From NCBI GenBank assembly GCA_963758295.1, contig CAVWUU010000003.1, positions 232,724 to 296,723 on the forward strand: DNA of 64,000 bases. Reading direction: 5' to 3'. The first letter of the stretch is position 1. The number at the start of each line of letters is the position of its first letter. Below are positions 20,949-30,690 of this stretch, one piece after another. The translations under genes were made by a program, and so were the position numbers. The notes under the pieces are model-generated. The model saw only the letters and a program-made list of their open reading frames with translations, was not told where the DNA came from and did no database searches. This DNA comes from Candidatus Eremiobacteria bacterium. Its GTDB lineage: Bacteria > Vulcanimicrobiota > Vulcanimicrobiia > Vulcanimicrobiales > Vulcanimicrobiaceae.

Positions 20949-22184
20949 CTATTCGGAAGCGGTGAAGGAGATGTCGCGGCGTTCTTCGCGGACGAAGAAG
21001 CCGAGGAGCGTCATGATGATGACGCCGGCGAAAACGAACTCCATGAACGTGGACATTGCGCGAGCATAGTCGGCGGCGCCGTTCGCCATCGCGAAACGGC
21101 CGGCGGCGAGCGCCGCGATAATTTGCAGGGTGCCGGATGCGATGAGGTTGCCGAGCTGATAAACGAAGCCGGGGAACGTTCCCCGTGCAAGTGGCGGGGC
21201 AATTTCGTTGAGGTGCGCGGGGATAATGCCCCATGCGCCTTGCACCATGAATTGCATCACGAAACCGCCGAGCGCCAGCGTCGAAATCGTGCTGCTGAAT
21301 GCCCAGAGCGGAATCACCACTAAGCCCAAGACCGCGCATGCGATGATGCAAATGCGGCGGCCGAGGCGTTGCGATAGCCAACCGAAGAAGATGCCGCCCG
21401 CAATCGCACCGATCGAGGCGATGGTATTGATGTAGCCCACGGTTGCCGGCGTAAAGCCATGTTGCTTCGTAAGGAACGTGGCGTAAGGGTCTTGCGTTCC
21501 GTGCGACATGAAGTTGAACGCGGCCATGAAGAACATGCCGTAGAGAAACAGCGGCAAGTATCGCTTGAGCGACGCGAGCAGGACATCGCCCTGCATTCCG
21601 AGGCGCTCGCTCGCATGCGCTTGCCACGCGGGCGATTCCGGGACGCTCGTGCGGATGAAGAAAATGAGAAACGCGGGCAAGGCCCCGACGATGAACATGC
21701 CACGCCAACCGATTCTTTCGAATAAGAACCAAAACGCGAGGCCCGCCAAGAGATTTCCTACGGCATAACCCTCTTGCAGAATGCCCGAGAACAAGCCGCG
21801 CCGCTTCGCGGGAAGCGACTCCATGGCGAGCGCAGCGCCAAGGCCCCATTCTCCGCCCATCGCGATACCGAAGACCGCGCGCAGAACTAAAAAGACCGCG
21901 AAGTTCGGTGAAAACGCGGTCAAAAGTTCGATGAGTGAGTAGAGCGCGATATCGACCATCAGCGGAACGCGACGTCCGTAACGGTCCGCGAACCAGCCGA
22001 AAACGATCGCACCCACGGGGCGCAACGCGAGCGTCAACGTGACGGCAAACGCCACCTCCACGACCGAACGATGGAAGTCGGCCGCGAGATGCGGCACGAC
22101 GACGATGACTAAGAAGAAATCAAACGCATCGAGCGTCCACCCGAGAAAACTCGCGACGAACGTTTTCCAGGCGGACGCCGTCAT
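20949..22184 (-). CDS. MFS transporter, sialate/carboxylate:H+ symporter (JEN/NanT-like)
   Basis: GWTLDAFDF, DRYGRR, MGGEW, SHGTQD, QGAWG. Confidence 0.88.
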   Translation of the reverse strand: MTASAWKTFVASFLGWTLDAFDFFLVIVVVPHLAADFHRSVVEVAFAVTLTLALRPVGAIVFGWFADRYGRRVPLMVDIALYSLIELLTAFSPNFAVFLVLRAVFGIAMGGEWGLGAALAMESLPAKRRGLFSGILQEGYAVGNLLAGLAFWFLFERIGWRGMFIVGALPAFLIFFIRTSVPESPAWQAHASERLGMQGDVLLASLKRYLPLFLYGMFFMAAFNFMSHGTQDPYATFLTKQHGFTPATVGYINTIASIGAIAGGIFFGWLSQRLGRRICIIACAVLGLVVIPLWAFSSTISTLALGGFVMQFMVQGAWGIIPAHLNEIAPPLARGTFPGFVYQLGNLIASGTLQIIAALAAGRFAMANGAADYARAMSTFMEFVFAGVIIMTLLGFFVREERRDISFTASE

Positions 22185-23162
22185 TTACGGCTTGGTGCTC
22201 GGTGGGCTCGATGGTGTCGCAGCAGATGCATCCGGTGACGGTTCCGTTCCCGGCATTGCCGGATTCTCGCCCGGCATGGCGGGATTTCCGGCCGGCAATT
22301 CGGATGCGCTCGGATTGGGTGACGGCGATGCAAGGCGGTCGCCGTACAAAACGACGAGCCACGTCTCGCCTTTCTTCACCGCCAGCTTCGGCGCGTTGAA
22401 CGTGAAGCTTAGGGTCTGATCGAGAAGCTGCGATTCCTTGTACGAACCAACGAAGTTGTCGGCCGGCTTTTTGTTCTTCTTGACCGTTTCATGGAAGAGT
22501 TGAATTGCGAATCCGCGTCCCTTGGTAATCTGCTCTTTCGGAAGCGTAAAGCGCGCGCTCGCGTTTCCTTGGAACACTACGTTGTCGGTCGTCGTCAAAC
22601 GCAATGCGACAAGCGCAACCACCGGCGGGCCCTTCGGATCCGGGTTGGCCATCGCAGGCGCGTCTTGCGGCGATACGGTGAACGCGATGTTCATCTGTGC
22701 GCTCGAAGGCGTTGGCGAAGAGGACGGTGACGCCGACGGACTTGCCGATGATTCCGGCGTCGGGGTCGGTGTGGGCGTCGGTGTTGGAGACGGGGTCGGC
22801 GTTGCCTTGTTTCCGTGCTTACCTGGCGACGGCGACGGCGTCGCATCGAGCGCCGCCAATTCGGCATCCGTCATGTTGAAATACAACGTGCACGAATAGC
22901 CCGCTTGATCCGGACACTTCAATCCCTTATTCGCTTGCGCGAACGAATGCGTTGCGGTTTGTTCCGGTTCGCCGCTTGCCTGCGGGTTAACCGTCACGTC
23001 GGCAGCGGGCGAGGGATTCATTTGACCCTGTGCCGGTCCGTTGACTGGCGGATTCATGCCGCCAGGAGCCGCCGTGCCGCCGCTTCCAAAACTTCCTTGG
23101 CAGGCTCCAAGCGCTAGACCAAAGGCAGCGACTGCGAACCCGATTCGCAGGGATGATCTCAT
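22185..23162 (-). CDS. Hypothetical Pro/Ser/Thr-rich lipoprotein
   Basis: LGAC lipobox, PT-repeat linker; overlaps thrS stop. Confidence 0.7.
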   Translation of the reverse strand: MRSSLRIGFAVAAFGLALGACQGSFGSGGTAAPGGMNPPVNGPAQGQMNPSPAADVTVNPQASGEPEQTATHSFAQANKGLKCPDQAGYSCTLYFNMTDAELAALDATPSPSPGKHGNKATPTPSPTPTPTPTPTPESSASPSASPSSSPTPSSAQMNIAFTVSPQDAPAMANPDPKGPPVVALVALRLTTTDNVVFQGNASARFTLPKEQITKGRGFAIQLFHETVKKNKKPADNFVGSYKESQLLDQTLSFTFNAPKLAVKKGETWLVVLYGDRLASPSPNPSASELPAGNPAMPGENPAMPGTEPSPDASAATPSSPPSTKP

Positions 23163-24892
23163 TGTTTCGCAGCGACCTTTCGTTCGAGTTCTTCAGCGAA
23201 TGTGGCAACGCTGACGGTGCGCTTTTCTTCCGTGCCGCGCTCGTTTACGTTGACGGTGCCGTCGGCCGCTTCTTGTTTACCGACGACGAGAATGTACGGA
23301 ATTTTCTGCGTCTTCCAGTGGCGGATCTTATATCCGAGCTTTTCATTGCTTTCATCCACGTGTACGCGGAAGTTCATACCCTCGAGCTTAGCGGCAACCT
23401 CGCGCGCGTACTCGAGTTGATGTTCCGAAATCGGGGCAAGGACCGCTTGCACGGGTGCAAGCCATGCCGGGAAGTTGCCGCCGTAGTGCTCTACGAGAAT
23501 GGCGAAGAAGCGTTCCATGGAGCCGGCCAGCGCGCGGTGAATCATCACCGGCGTGTGATCCACGCCGTCGCTGCCGCGATACTTCAAGTCGAAACGTTGC
23601 GGAAGAATGAAGTCGACCTGCACGGTGCCGAGCTGCCATTTTCGGCCGATTGCGTCGCGCACGTTGATGTCGAGCTTCGGACCGTAGAATGCGCCGCCGC
23701 CCGCGTCGATTGAGAACGGCAAATTGTACTTCTCGAGCGCTTTGCGAATCGCATCTTCCGCAATGGGATCCGTATCGGTACGCAGATGCGGTTCGCGCGT
23801 CGAAAGAAAATACTCGAACTCTTCGAAGCCGAAGGCGTTCATTAGGCGCAGCGCTTCGTCGAGCGTTTGCTCGAATTCAGCTTGCAGCTGATCGGGGGTG
23901 CAAAATAAATGCGCATCGTCTTGCGTAAAGCCGCGCACGCGCGTAAGCCCATGCAATACGCCGGAACGTTCGAACCGGTACACCGTGCCGAATTCGCTAA
24001 AGCGAATGGGAAGTTCGCGGTAACTATGGAGGCGGCTGCGATAAATGAGAATGTGGCCGGGGCAGTTCATCGGCTTGAGCCGGAAGCGCTGTTCCTCGAC
24101 TTCAAGCGGGCCGAACATGCCGTGCGCATAATTTTCTAGGTGGCCGGAAATTTCGTAGAGCTTTTCGCTGACGACGTGCGGCGTTACAACGGGTTGATAT
24201 CCGCGCTCGCGCAGGCCTTCGCGAATGAACTCCTCGACGATGCCGCGGACGATCGCGCCCTTCGGATGCCAGAACACGAGTCCGCCGCCCGCATCTTCCT
24301 CGATGGAGAACAGATCGAGCTCCACGCCGAGCTTGCGATGATCCCGCTTGAGCGCTTCTTCGATTTGCAGCAAATACGCATCCAGTTCGGGTTGCGTGTA
24401 CCACGCCGTCCCATAGATGCGTTGCAGCATCGCGTTGTGCTCGTCGCCGCGCCAGTAGGCGCCCGCAACGTTCATCAGCTTGACCGCGCCGATCTCGCCC
24501 GTGGTATGCGCATGCCCGCCGCGGCAAAGGTCGGTGAAGTCGCCGATCGTGTAGAGCGTAATCGGCTCGCCCTCGGGAATGTCGCGGGCGAGTTCTTCCT
24601 TATAAGGATTGCCTTTGAAGCGCTCGATAGCCTCGGTTCGCGTCACTTGCCGGCCGGTCATTTCATAGTTCGCCTTGACGATTTCGTTCATGCGCTTCTC
24701 GAGGCGCTCTAGATCCTCGGGCGTGAACGGTTCGCCGCGGTCAAAGTCGTAATAGAATCCGTTTTCAATGGAGGGGCCGATGGTTGGTTTGGCCTCCGGG
24801 AAAAGATCCTGAACGGCATAGGCTAGGACGTGGGCCGCCGTGTGCCTCAGCTCTGCGAGCGAGGTTTCGTGGACGTGCGTGGCTTCGGGCAT
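23159..24892 (-). CDS. thrS: Threonine--tRNA ligase (lacks N-terminal TGS domain)
   Basis: RHTAAH, DLCRGGH, RDHRKLG, KPMNCP, AFYGPKLD, HRA. Confidence 0.97.
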   Translation of the reverse strand: MPEATHVHETSLAELRHTAAHVLAYAVQDLFPEAKPTIGPSIENGFYYDFDRGEPFTPEDLERLEKRMNEIVKANYEMTGRQVTRTEAIERFKGNPYKEELARDIPEGEPITLYTIGDFTDLCRGGHAHTTGEIGAVKLMNVAGAYWRGDEHNAMLQRIYGTAWYTQPELDAYLLQIEEALKRDHRKLGVELDLFSIEEDAGGGLVFWHPKGAIVRGIVEEFIREGLRERGYQPVVTPHVVSEKLYEISGHLENYAHGMFGPLEVEEQRFRLKPMNCPGHILIYRSRLHSYRELPIRFSEFGTVYRFERSGVLHGLTRVRGFTQDDAHLFCTPDQLQAEFEQTLDEALRLMNAFGFEEFEYFLSTREPHLRTDTDPIAEDAIRKALEKYNLPFSIDAGGGAFYGPKLDINVRDAIGRKWQLGTVQVDFILPQRFDLKYRGSDGVDHTPVMIHRALAGSMERFFAILVEHYGGNFPAWLAPVQAVLAPISEHQLEYAREVAAKLEGMNFRVHVDESNEKLGYKIRHWKTQKIPYILVVGKQEAADGTVNVNERGTEEKRTVSVATFAEELERKVAAKQ

Positions 24893-24940
24893 ACCGGAGG
24901 CCGTTTCGGCGATTGGTGTCGGCTTGGCCTGCGCGAAGCG

Positions 24941-26642
24941 TTAAGGGCTGCTTAACAGCGGATCGAAGCCGGGCGGCGGCGACGCTTCACCCGGAATCGG
25001 CACCGGCGTGACGCCGATATCCGAACAACCGATGGAGGGCGGGGAGGACGGCTTGTCAATCAGCGCAGCGGTCTTTGAGATGGGAAGTTTTGTGCCGCTC
25101 AGGCGTTCCACGTCGAGAGCGCTTGTAAGGTCGGCGATCCGCGGGTCTAAATCTCGCGGACCTTCGGGAAGATAGCGCGCCTCATCAGGCAGTGATGCTA
25201 GCGCCGGCAGATTGAAAACGCGGCCGAGCAATTTTGCAAAAGACGTATGGTCTGCTGCTTGCGACACGACTGCATGATCCTTCGCGAACGGCGAAATGAC
25301 GATCGCCGGAACGCGAGGACCGTCGCCGCAAGGATGACCGTCAGGACACTCTTCGAAAATGGGCGGCGAAACGTGGTCGTAGAAGCCTTCGGAATCGTCC
25401 CAAGTAATCAGAATAAGTGAGTCGTCCCAGTATTTGCTCTTTGCGATGGCGTTAACGAGCGTCGCAACATAGGCTTCCGAAACTTGCGAGTCCGAGTAGC
25501 CGGGGTGATCGTCGTCTCCGGCAAACGTCTTTTGAATTTGCGGATCGCGATTTGCCGGCTTCAAAACCGAACGGATCCTGGTATCCGCCCTTAGCAAAAA
25601 TCACACCACGATCGCCAAGTGCGCCATTTGTTATCGCGGGAAGCAGCTCGGTTATATCGTGAACGCCGGACCAAAAATAGTTATTATTGCGCAGATATCC
25701 GAAGTATTGCAGCGCGTTGTGATGCGTTACATAGGCGTTGTCGGGCGCGCCGTCCTTGAAGCCTTCCTGATACCAACCCCAGGGAACGGCCGGCTGACCC
25801 ATTTTTGCGAGCGTCGAAACATCGTCTTTCACGTCGTCGTTATCGGCAACGGCGTTTGTGGCTTGTTGGCCGGAGAGCGTTAGGAAAAGGGTCGCGAAAG
25901 TTAGATCGTCTTGCACGCGGGCGGCAGCGGGCGGCGCGCCCGGATAGGGGCCGAAGTGCGGATACAGGTCGTTAATTACCGGTACGCCCGCGACGTTGTC
26001 CGATGACGGTTCAGCCTCTTGCGGGTGGCGCTTCCATTGCGTTTGCCCGGTTTGCGCTGCGATCAAATCAATGTTTCCCGGTGTCGACGGCGAGTACATC
26101 GCCTGAAAGAAATGGTCGAAAAGCGCAAATTCGTGCGCGTACTTCCACAGGTACGGGATCGTCTCGCAATCTTCATGGGACATGGTAAGAAGTCCGAGCC
26201 GCTGCGCGTTTGCCGGCGTAATCCCGCGTTGGAGCGCCGTTGCTTCCTCGTTTTCGATGAACTGATCCATCCGGCCGCCATCCGCTTTAGCGATTAGCGA
26301 GGGCCGCGCGTGGTTGGCATCGGCGGTATCGCTTGCCGCGATCCGGAACGGCGTGACCCATTGTTTGCCAATGCGATCGAACTGCTTGAACCCGTTGGTC
26401 TGAGCAAGTGGCGAGGCGAGATTCTCGGCCCCAGGGAATGAGCCGAAGTAGGAATCGAACGAACGATTCTCTTGATAGATGACAAAAACGTGCTTTATGC
26501 GCTTCTGAATAAGCGCGACGAGCGCTGCATCGGCTTGCGGAACGTTCGCCGGTGCCGCCGACGGCGCCACGTCAGCGAGCAAGGGCTGCGAATTCGACAT
26601 TACCATAAGCGCGCATAAGATTGAAGCGGCGGTGCGTTTCAT
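24941..26642 (-). CDS. Secreted phosphoesterase / phospholipase C / acid phosphatase family, frameshift near 25563-25566
   Basis: Signal peptide, QENRSFDSYFG, TWDDSEGFYDHV, GPRVP..ISPF; shift in a homopolymer run. Confidence 0.85.
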
Positions 26643-26771
26643 TCAAGAGTCTCCTCCGCAAGAGCTTTTTCGAGATCGGCATTCTGGCGCAGACTGCCAA
26701 TGCCATGCTGCCGTAAGCGTTAACAAGCATTAAGGCGAACCCGAAACGGAAGCACCGTCGATTCCGCCGAA

Positions 26772-27306
26772 ATGGCGCGCACGATTCGGCTTGTTGCGGT
26801 GCTTCTGGTTATGCTTTGTGCGACGTATGCGCACGTCGATGCGGCGGTAAAGCCGGTTTTTTCGGTCGTGTTGACGCGTCATGGTGTACGCCATGGCGCT
26901 CATCGTTGGCCACGACGGAAATATTGCCAACCTTGCCGGTATTCTGGGCGCTCATTGGCGCTTGAGCGATGGATACGTCCCGAACGACGCCCCGCCCGGC
27001 GGCGCGCTTGTCTTCGACTTATTGCGCGCCGGTGATAATTCGCTGCAAGTTCGGTTGCGGTTCGTGTACCAGACGCTCGCGCAGTTACGCAGCAACGTGC
27101 AATTGCAAGATGGAACCGCAAGCGCGCCCGTCTATTTCGACGGATGCGGCGGCATCGATTGCACGATGAGGCTGTCGGATTTTGCGGCTATCGCCGCGCG
27201 CTTGGAGTCAAGTGGCCTCGTTCGGCCGCAGTGGACCGGCTCGTCGAGCGAACCGGTCGAACTGCCGCCGCTTGCGGATCCGGCGTGGTCGCATTGTGAC
27301 CCCTAG
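26772..27306 (+). pseudogene. Histidine acid phosphatase/phytase (AppA/Agp-like) with large internal deletion
   Basis: Signal peptide and RHGVR, then in another frame GHDGNIANL...PPGGALVF...YQTLAQLR. Confidence 0.8.
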
Positions 27307-27440
27307 TGCGGAATTGCCGGACGCCCTACCGCGATCGGTTGATCGAACGGCGCAAGCGTCGACGCTGATTTCCTATCTAGGCATGCGACGACTGCGAGTA
27401 ATAGAAAACCTCGATCCAAAAAGATCGAGGCTCTTGTAAA

Positions 27441-27515
27441 TGGTGTGCGTGGTAGGGATTGAACCTACGACCCCCACCGTGTCAAGGTGGTGCTCTCCCA
27501 CTGAGCTACACGCAC
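27441..27515 (-). tRNA. tRNA-Val(GAC)
   Basis: Cloverleaf, anticodon arm CCACC-TTGACAC-GGTGG, CCA end. Confidence 0.97.
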
Positions 27516-27537
27516 TCGCGTCCGGGACAACCCCCGG

Positions 27538-27566
27538 AGTATAGCAGAGCGCTCCGAGGCCGTCAA
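27538..27566 (-). promoter_or_regulatory. Sigma70-type promoter for tRNA-Val(GAC)
   Basis: TTGACG-17 nt-TATACT on minus strand. Confidence 0.75.
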
Positions 27567-27586
27567 AGGGTACTCTGTGCGCGCGT

Positions 27587-27616
27587 TTGACACCTTCATT
27601 ACACGCGTGCTACTGT
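27587..27616 (+). promoter_or_regulatory. Sigma70-type promoter of leader/uORF
   Basis: TTGACA-18 nt-TACTGT with TG extension. Confidence 0.6.
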
Positions 27617-27661
27617 TGTCGGACGTTTCAACTCCGCCGCCCATTTGAGAAAGGAGACACG

Positions 27662-27760
27662 ATGAATCCGAATACACTTTGGTCGCAAACCACGCGCATC
27701 GCGTCACCTTCGCGCGGGGCCATCGCCGTACGAGTTCTTTGCACTAGCGGGCCGGCTTAG
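27662..27760 (+). CDS. Putative 32-aa leader peptide (uORF)
   Basis: Strong RBS GAAAGGAG; MNPNTLWSQTTRIASPSRGAIAVRVLCTSGPA*; followed by terminator. Confidence 0.55.
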   Translation: MNPNTLWSQTTRIASPSRGAIAVRVLCTSGPA

Positions 27761-27785
27761 CGCCGTCGCTTCCCCGCTTCTGTTG

Positions 27786-27825
27786 AAGGCCTCCGGCGAT
27801 TTCGCCGGGGGTCTTGTTCTTTTTT
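27786..27825 (+). terminator. Intrinsic terminator (attenuator candidate)
   Basis: AAGGCCTCCGGCG-ATTT-CGCCGGGGGTCTT then GTTCTTTTTT. Confidence 0.8.
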
Positions 27826-27861
27826 GACTCATTTCAACTCGAGACTGTATACGAGGCAATC

Positions 27862-28059
27862 GTGGACTTTTGGTACGAATCCGAAATCCGCGCGCGTCAA
27901 GACGAGGTACATGCATCCGCCGATCGCAGCCGCTTAGCGCGGCTCGCGGAAGACGGTCGAAGTACCGGCGTGCGCATGCACTTAGCAAACGTCGCGCAAA
28001 TGTTGAGCGAGCGGCTGGCCGAGCTCGCAGCGGTATTGCGCGGGACCCAGAATGTGTAA
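27862..28059 (+). CDS. Small hypothetical protein (65 aa)
   Basis: GAGG RBS, GTG start, helical Arg/Glu/Ala-rich sequence. Confidence 0.65.
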   Translation: MDFWYESEIRARQDEVHASADRSRLARLAEDGRSTGVRMHLANVAQMLSERLAELAAVLRGTQNV

Positions 28060-28128
28060 CATTCGAACCGCAAGGAGCCGGGTGCATGAGCGGCAAGCAC
28101 CCGGCGACGCGCGGTCGAAGGCCGTTCG

Positions 28129-28779
28129 ATGCAACAAGCGACGAAAATAGAAGAGCTCTTACGCGTTCCATCGCCGGCGCCGGCTCCGCAAGCACTGGCT
28201 TGCGACGGCGAAAACATTTGGATCGGCTCGTGGGAATCGCAGCGTATCTACGGCCTCGATCGCACGCATTTCACCGTCTTCGAAGAAACCGACGCGCCGG
28301 GCAAACCGGTGAGTGCCGTGAGTCTCGGAGACGAGTTACGGTTCGTTTTGGGTGAAGGCGAAGAAGACCATCGATTTATCCGGCGCTACATTCCGGGACA
28401 TGGATTCAAAGACAAAGACCGGCTCGCGTGCCCGGACGATACCGGTTCGTTTGTCGCCTACGACGGCGAGTGTTTGTGGCTCAGCCAGCGCTATAACAAA
28501 CGGATTCTGGAACTCGATATTCACGGAAACGTGGCGAGCGAAATTCCTGCTCACGCACAGATTCTGGGCATCACGTGGCACGACGGCCGGCTTTATGTTT
28601 CTCTGTGGTACGGCGCTCGCGAAGGCGGCTGTCATATCGGCCGCGTGAGCGCCGATCGAAGCGGAGTCGATCCCGTCGCCGCCGTTCCTTTTGCGGCGAT
28701 TTCCTTATCGCACGACGGCACACGCTTCTGGACAAACGACTCCAAAGCCAACGAAGTCGTCGCCTTTACACTGGGCTAA
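28129..28779 (+). CDS. Hypothetical beta-propeller-like protein
   Basis: Repeated (A/T)xDGxxLW blades. Confidence 0.65.
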   Translation: MQQATKIEELLRVPSPAPAPQALACDGENIWIGSWESQRIYGLDRTHFTVFEETDAPGKPVSAVSLGDELRFVLGEGEEDHRFIRRYIPGHGFKDKDRLACPDDTGSFVAYDGECLWLSQRYNKRILELDIHGNVASEIPAHAQILGITWHDGRLYVSLWYGAREGGCHIGRVSADRSGVDPVAAVPFAAISLSHDGTRFWTNDSKANEVVAFTLG

Positions 28780-29392
28780 GCATGCCGCGCAGCGCCGAGG
28801 TCGCGATCTGTTTCGCGGCCTCGATGCCGACGCGTTCGGTATCGATCACCAAGTCGTACTTGCGCGCATCGTAGAGATCGCACGCGAAGAAATGCTGCAG
28901 ATATTTACGACGTAGCTCGTCGGTCCGGCGGATCCGCTCTGCGGCTTGTTCCTCGGTCCAATCAAAGCGCCGCATCACCTGTTGAACGCGCCATGCCTTA
29001 CGTGCGTGCAAGAAAATCGCGAAGAGATTCTGCGCGGCATTCGATCCCGTGAGCAGCAGTCGTCCGCCGTGGCCGATGAGGACTACGTGTCCGCGCTCGG
29101 CTTCATCCAGGACGAGGCTGCGAATTTCATCGAGGACCGTGTGTTCGGTCGAGCGCCACTCCATCGCTTGAACGAGTGCCGTTGCGCGAGCGAGATCGCT
29201 CATGAACGAAGTGGCAAACGTCGGCGGCCGTTCATCGATGCGCTCGAGATAGTCGGCCGAAAATCCGCCGCGTTCTGCCAGGCGTTCGATGATCGTTCGC
29301 TCGTCGAGCAGCGTCGCACCAAGCTCGGCGGCTACGGCCTCACCAACGGAGAGGCCGCCGGCGCCCAGTTCCCGCTGGATGCTGACGATCAT
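28766..29392 (-). CDS. Cytidylate kinase-like family protein
   Basis: SIQRELGAGG, D..RRKY, YDLVIDT. Confidence 0.85.
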   Translation of the reverse strand: MIVSIQRELGAGGLSVGEAVAAELGATLLDERTIIERLAERGGFSADYLERIDERPPTFATSFMSDLARATALVQAMEWRSTEHTVLDEIRSLVLDEAERGHVVLIGHGGRLLLTGSNAAQNLFAIFLHARKAWRVQQVMRRFDWTEEQAAERIRRTDELRRKYLQHFFACDLYDARKYDLVIDTERVGIEAAKQIATSALRGMLSPV

Positions 29393-29406
29393 ACGTTTAG
29401 TTTACC

Positions 29407-30690
29407 CTAGAAGTCGTTCATCGTAAGGTTCCCGCCGGCCCAAGCCGCATGGAACTTTGCGTCGTAGACGGCCGCTTCATCGGCGCGGCCCTCGCGCTCG
29501 AGTGTTTGCGCCATACCGAAGAGCAAGCGCGGGTCGGACGGACGACGCTGCAAGGCATCGGTGAACGCGGCGTTTGCGTCGTCGTAGCGGCCGGCACGGA
29601 AGTAGAGCGCGCCGAGGCGTTCGTCGGCGGGGTACACCGGCTGAAATTCCGAGGTGAAATACTGCCGCTGATAGGCGATCGCCGCGGTTAATTCTTTAGC
29701 CGCATCATCGATTTTGCCGGCGCGTTCGTCGCGTTGCGCGTTACGAATCGCGACGTTGTCCGGACGCGCTCCGCCCAGTTGAAGTACCGTTGTGGGGTCG
29801 CTGAACATCTTATAGCGCGTCGCCCAGAGAGCGAGGCGCTGATCGTCGCCGCTGTAGACGGCAGCAAGCAGGCCCACAAATGCATCGTGCTGCGCGTAGT
29901 GCTCGGGATGCAAATCCCACGCGCGTTCGCTTGAGGCGTCGGCGCTGCGACCGTCGCCGATTTCGAGCCATAAGTGGGCCGGCATATGGGCGAGGTGTTC
30001 GTCTTCAGGCGCGAACGTCAGTGCGTCGAGGCGTTGCGCGCACGGGATGGCCGGCGTTCGGTCCGGTGCGTTGTCGTAGAGATGAATGCAGAGATGGTTC
30101 GCCATGAGCTGCTGCGGTGAACGCGCGAGCACCGTCTGCATCGTGCGCAGAAGCTCGGCGCTCGAATCGCCCTGCGGCGTGCCGTCGGCGTTCCAATGCA
30201 TGCCTTTGCGTTCGAGCAGCGCTTCTACGAAGAGCATCGCGGCATCGTCGTCGCTTGGATGCGAGGCGATGTACGCCCGCATTGCATCCTCGTAGGCAAG
30301 TTCGTCGTTCTGGCGATCGGCGAACGTGCCGGCGTACCGTTTTGCGACTGCATCGATGAGTGCACGATCGTCGGCTGAGGCATCGGGTTCGAGAGCTTGC
30401 GCCTTCGTGACGTCGGCTTGGGCACGGGCGAAGCGGTCTTCGGTGAGGCTGTCATTTAAATCGCTGCCGTCGGCCAACGCTTTGCCCCAATACGCGATCG
30501 CAAGATGCGGGTCGCTGAGTGCTGCCGCATCGAAATCGACGGCAGCGCTCGCGCCGGCGTAGGCGTAGAGTTCGGTGAGTGCCGTATCGAAGCGCGCCTG
30601 CGCCAGCGGTGCGCTCGTCGCGACCGGCCGGTGCGCGCTGAAAGGCGTTGTTCCAACCACCGCTGCGAGGACCAACGCAACCGGCATCAT
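29407..30690 (-). CDS. Secreted TPR-repeat protein with His-rich motifs
   Basis: Signal peptide, AIAYWG, NHLCIH, HLAHMPAH, TPR-like C-terminus. Confidence 0.75.
   Translation of the reverse strand: MMPVALVLAAVVGTTPFSAHRPVATSAPLAQARFDTALTELYAYAGASAAVDFDAAALSDPHLAIAYWGKALADGSDLNDSLTEDRFARAQADVTKAQALEPDASADDRALIDAVAKRYAGTFADRQNDELAYEDAMRAYIASHPSDDDAAMLFVEALLERKGMHWNADGTPQGDSSAELLRTMQTVLARSPQQLMANHLCIHLYDNAPDRTPAIPCAQRLDALTFAPEDEHLAHMPAHLWLEIGDGRSADASSERAWDLHPEHYAQHDAFVGLLAAVYSGDDQRLALWATRYKMFSDPTTVLQLGGARPDNVAIRNAQRDERAGKIDDAAKELTAAIAYQRQYFTSEFQPVYPADERLGALYFRAGRYDDANAAFTDALQRRPSDPRLLFGMAQTLEREGRADEAAVYDAKFHAAWAGGNLTMNDF

Noticed and set aside
22230..22850. PT/PS repeats and a duplicated NPAMPG as a DNA repeat element
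   Set aside because: Explained by low-complexity protein linkers
24893..24940. T-box leader for thrS
   Set aside because: Intergenic space is too short and has no T-box consensus
29393..29407. GGGTAA before the cytidylate kinase-like gene as a stress promoter
   Set aside because: No -35 element, and it lies inside an apparent operon junction
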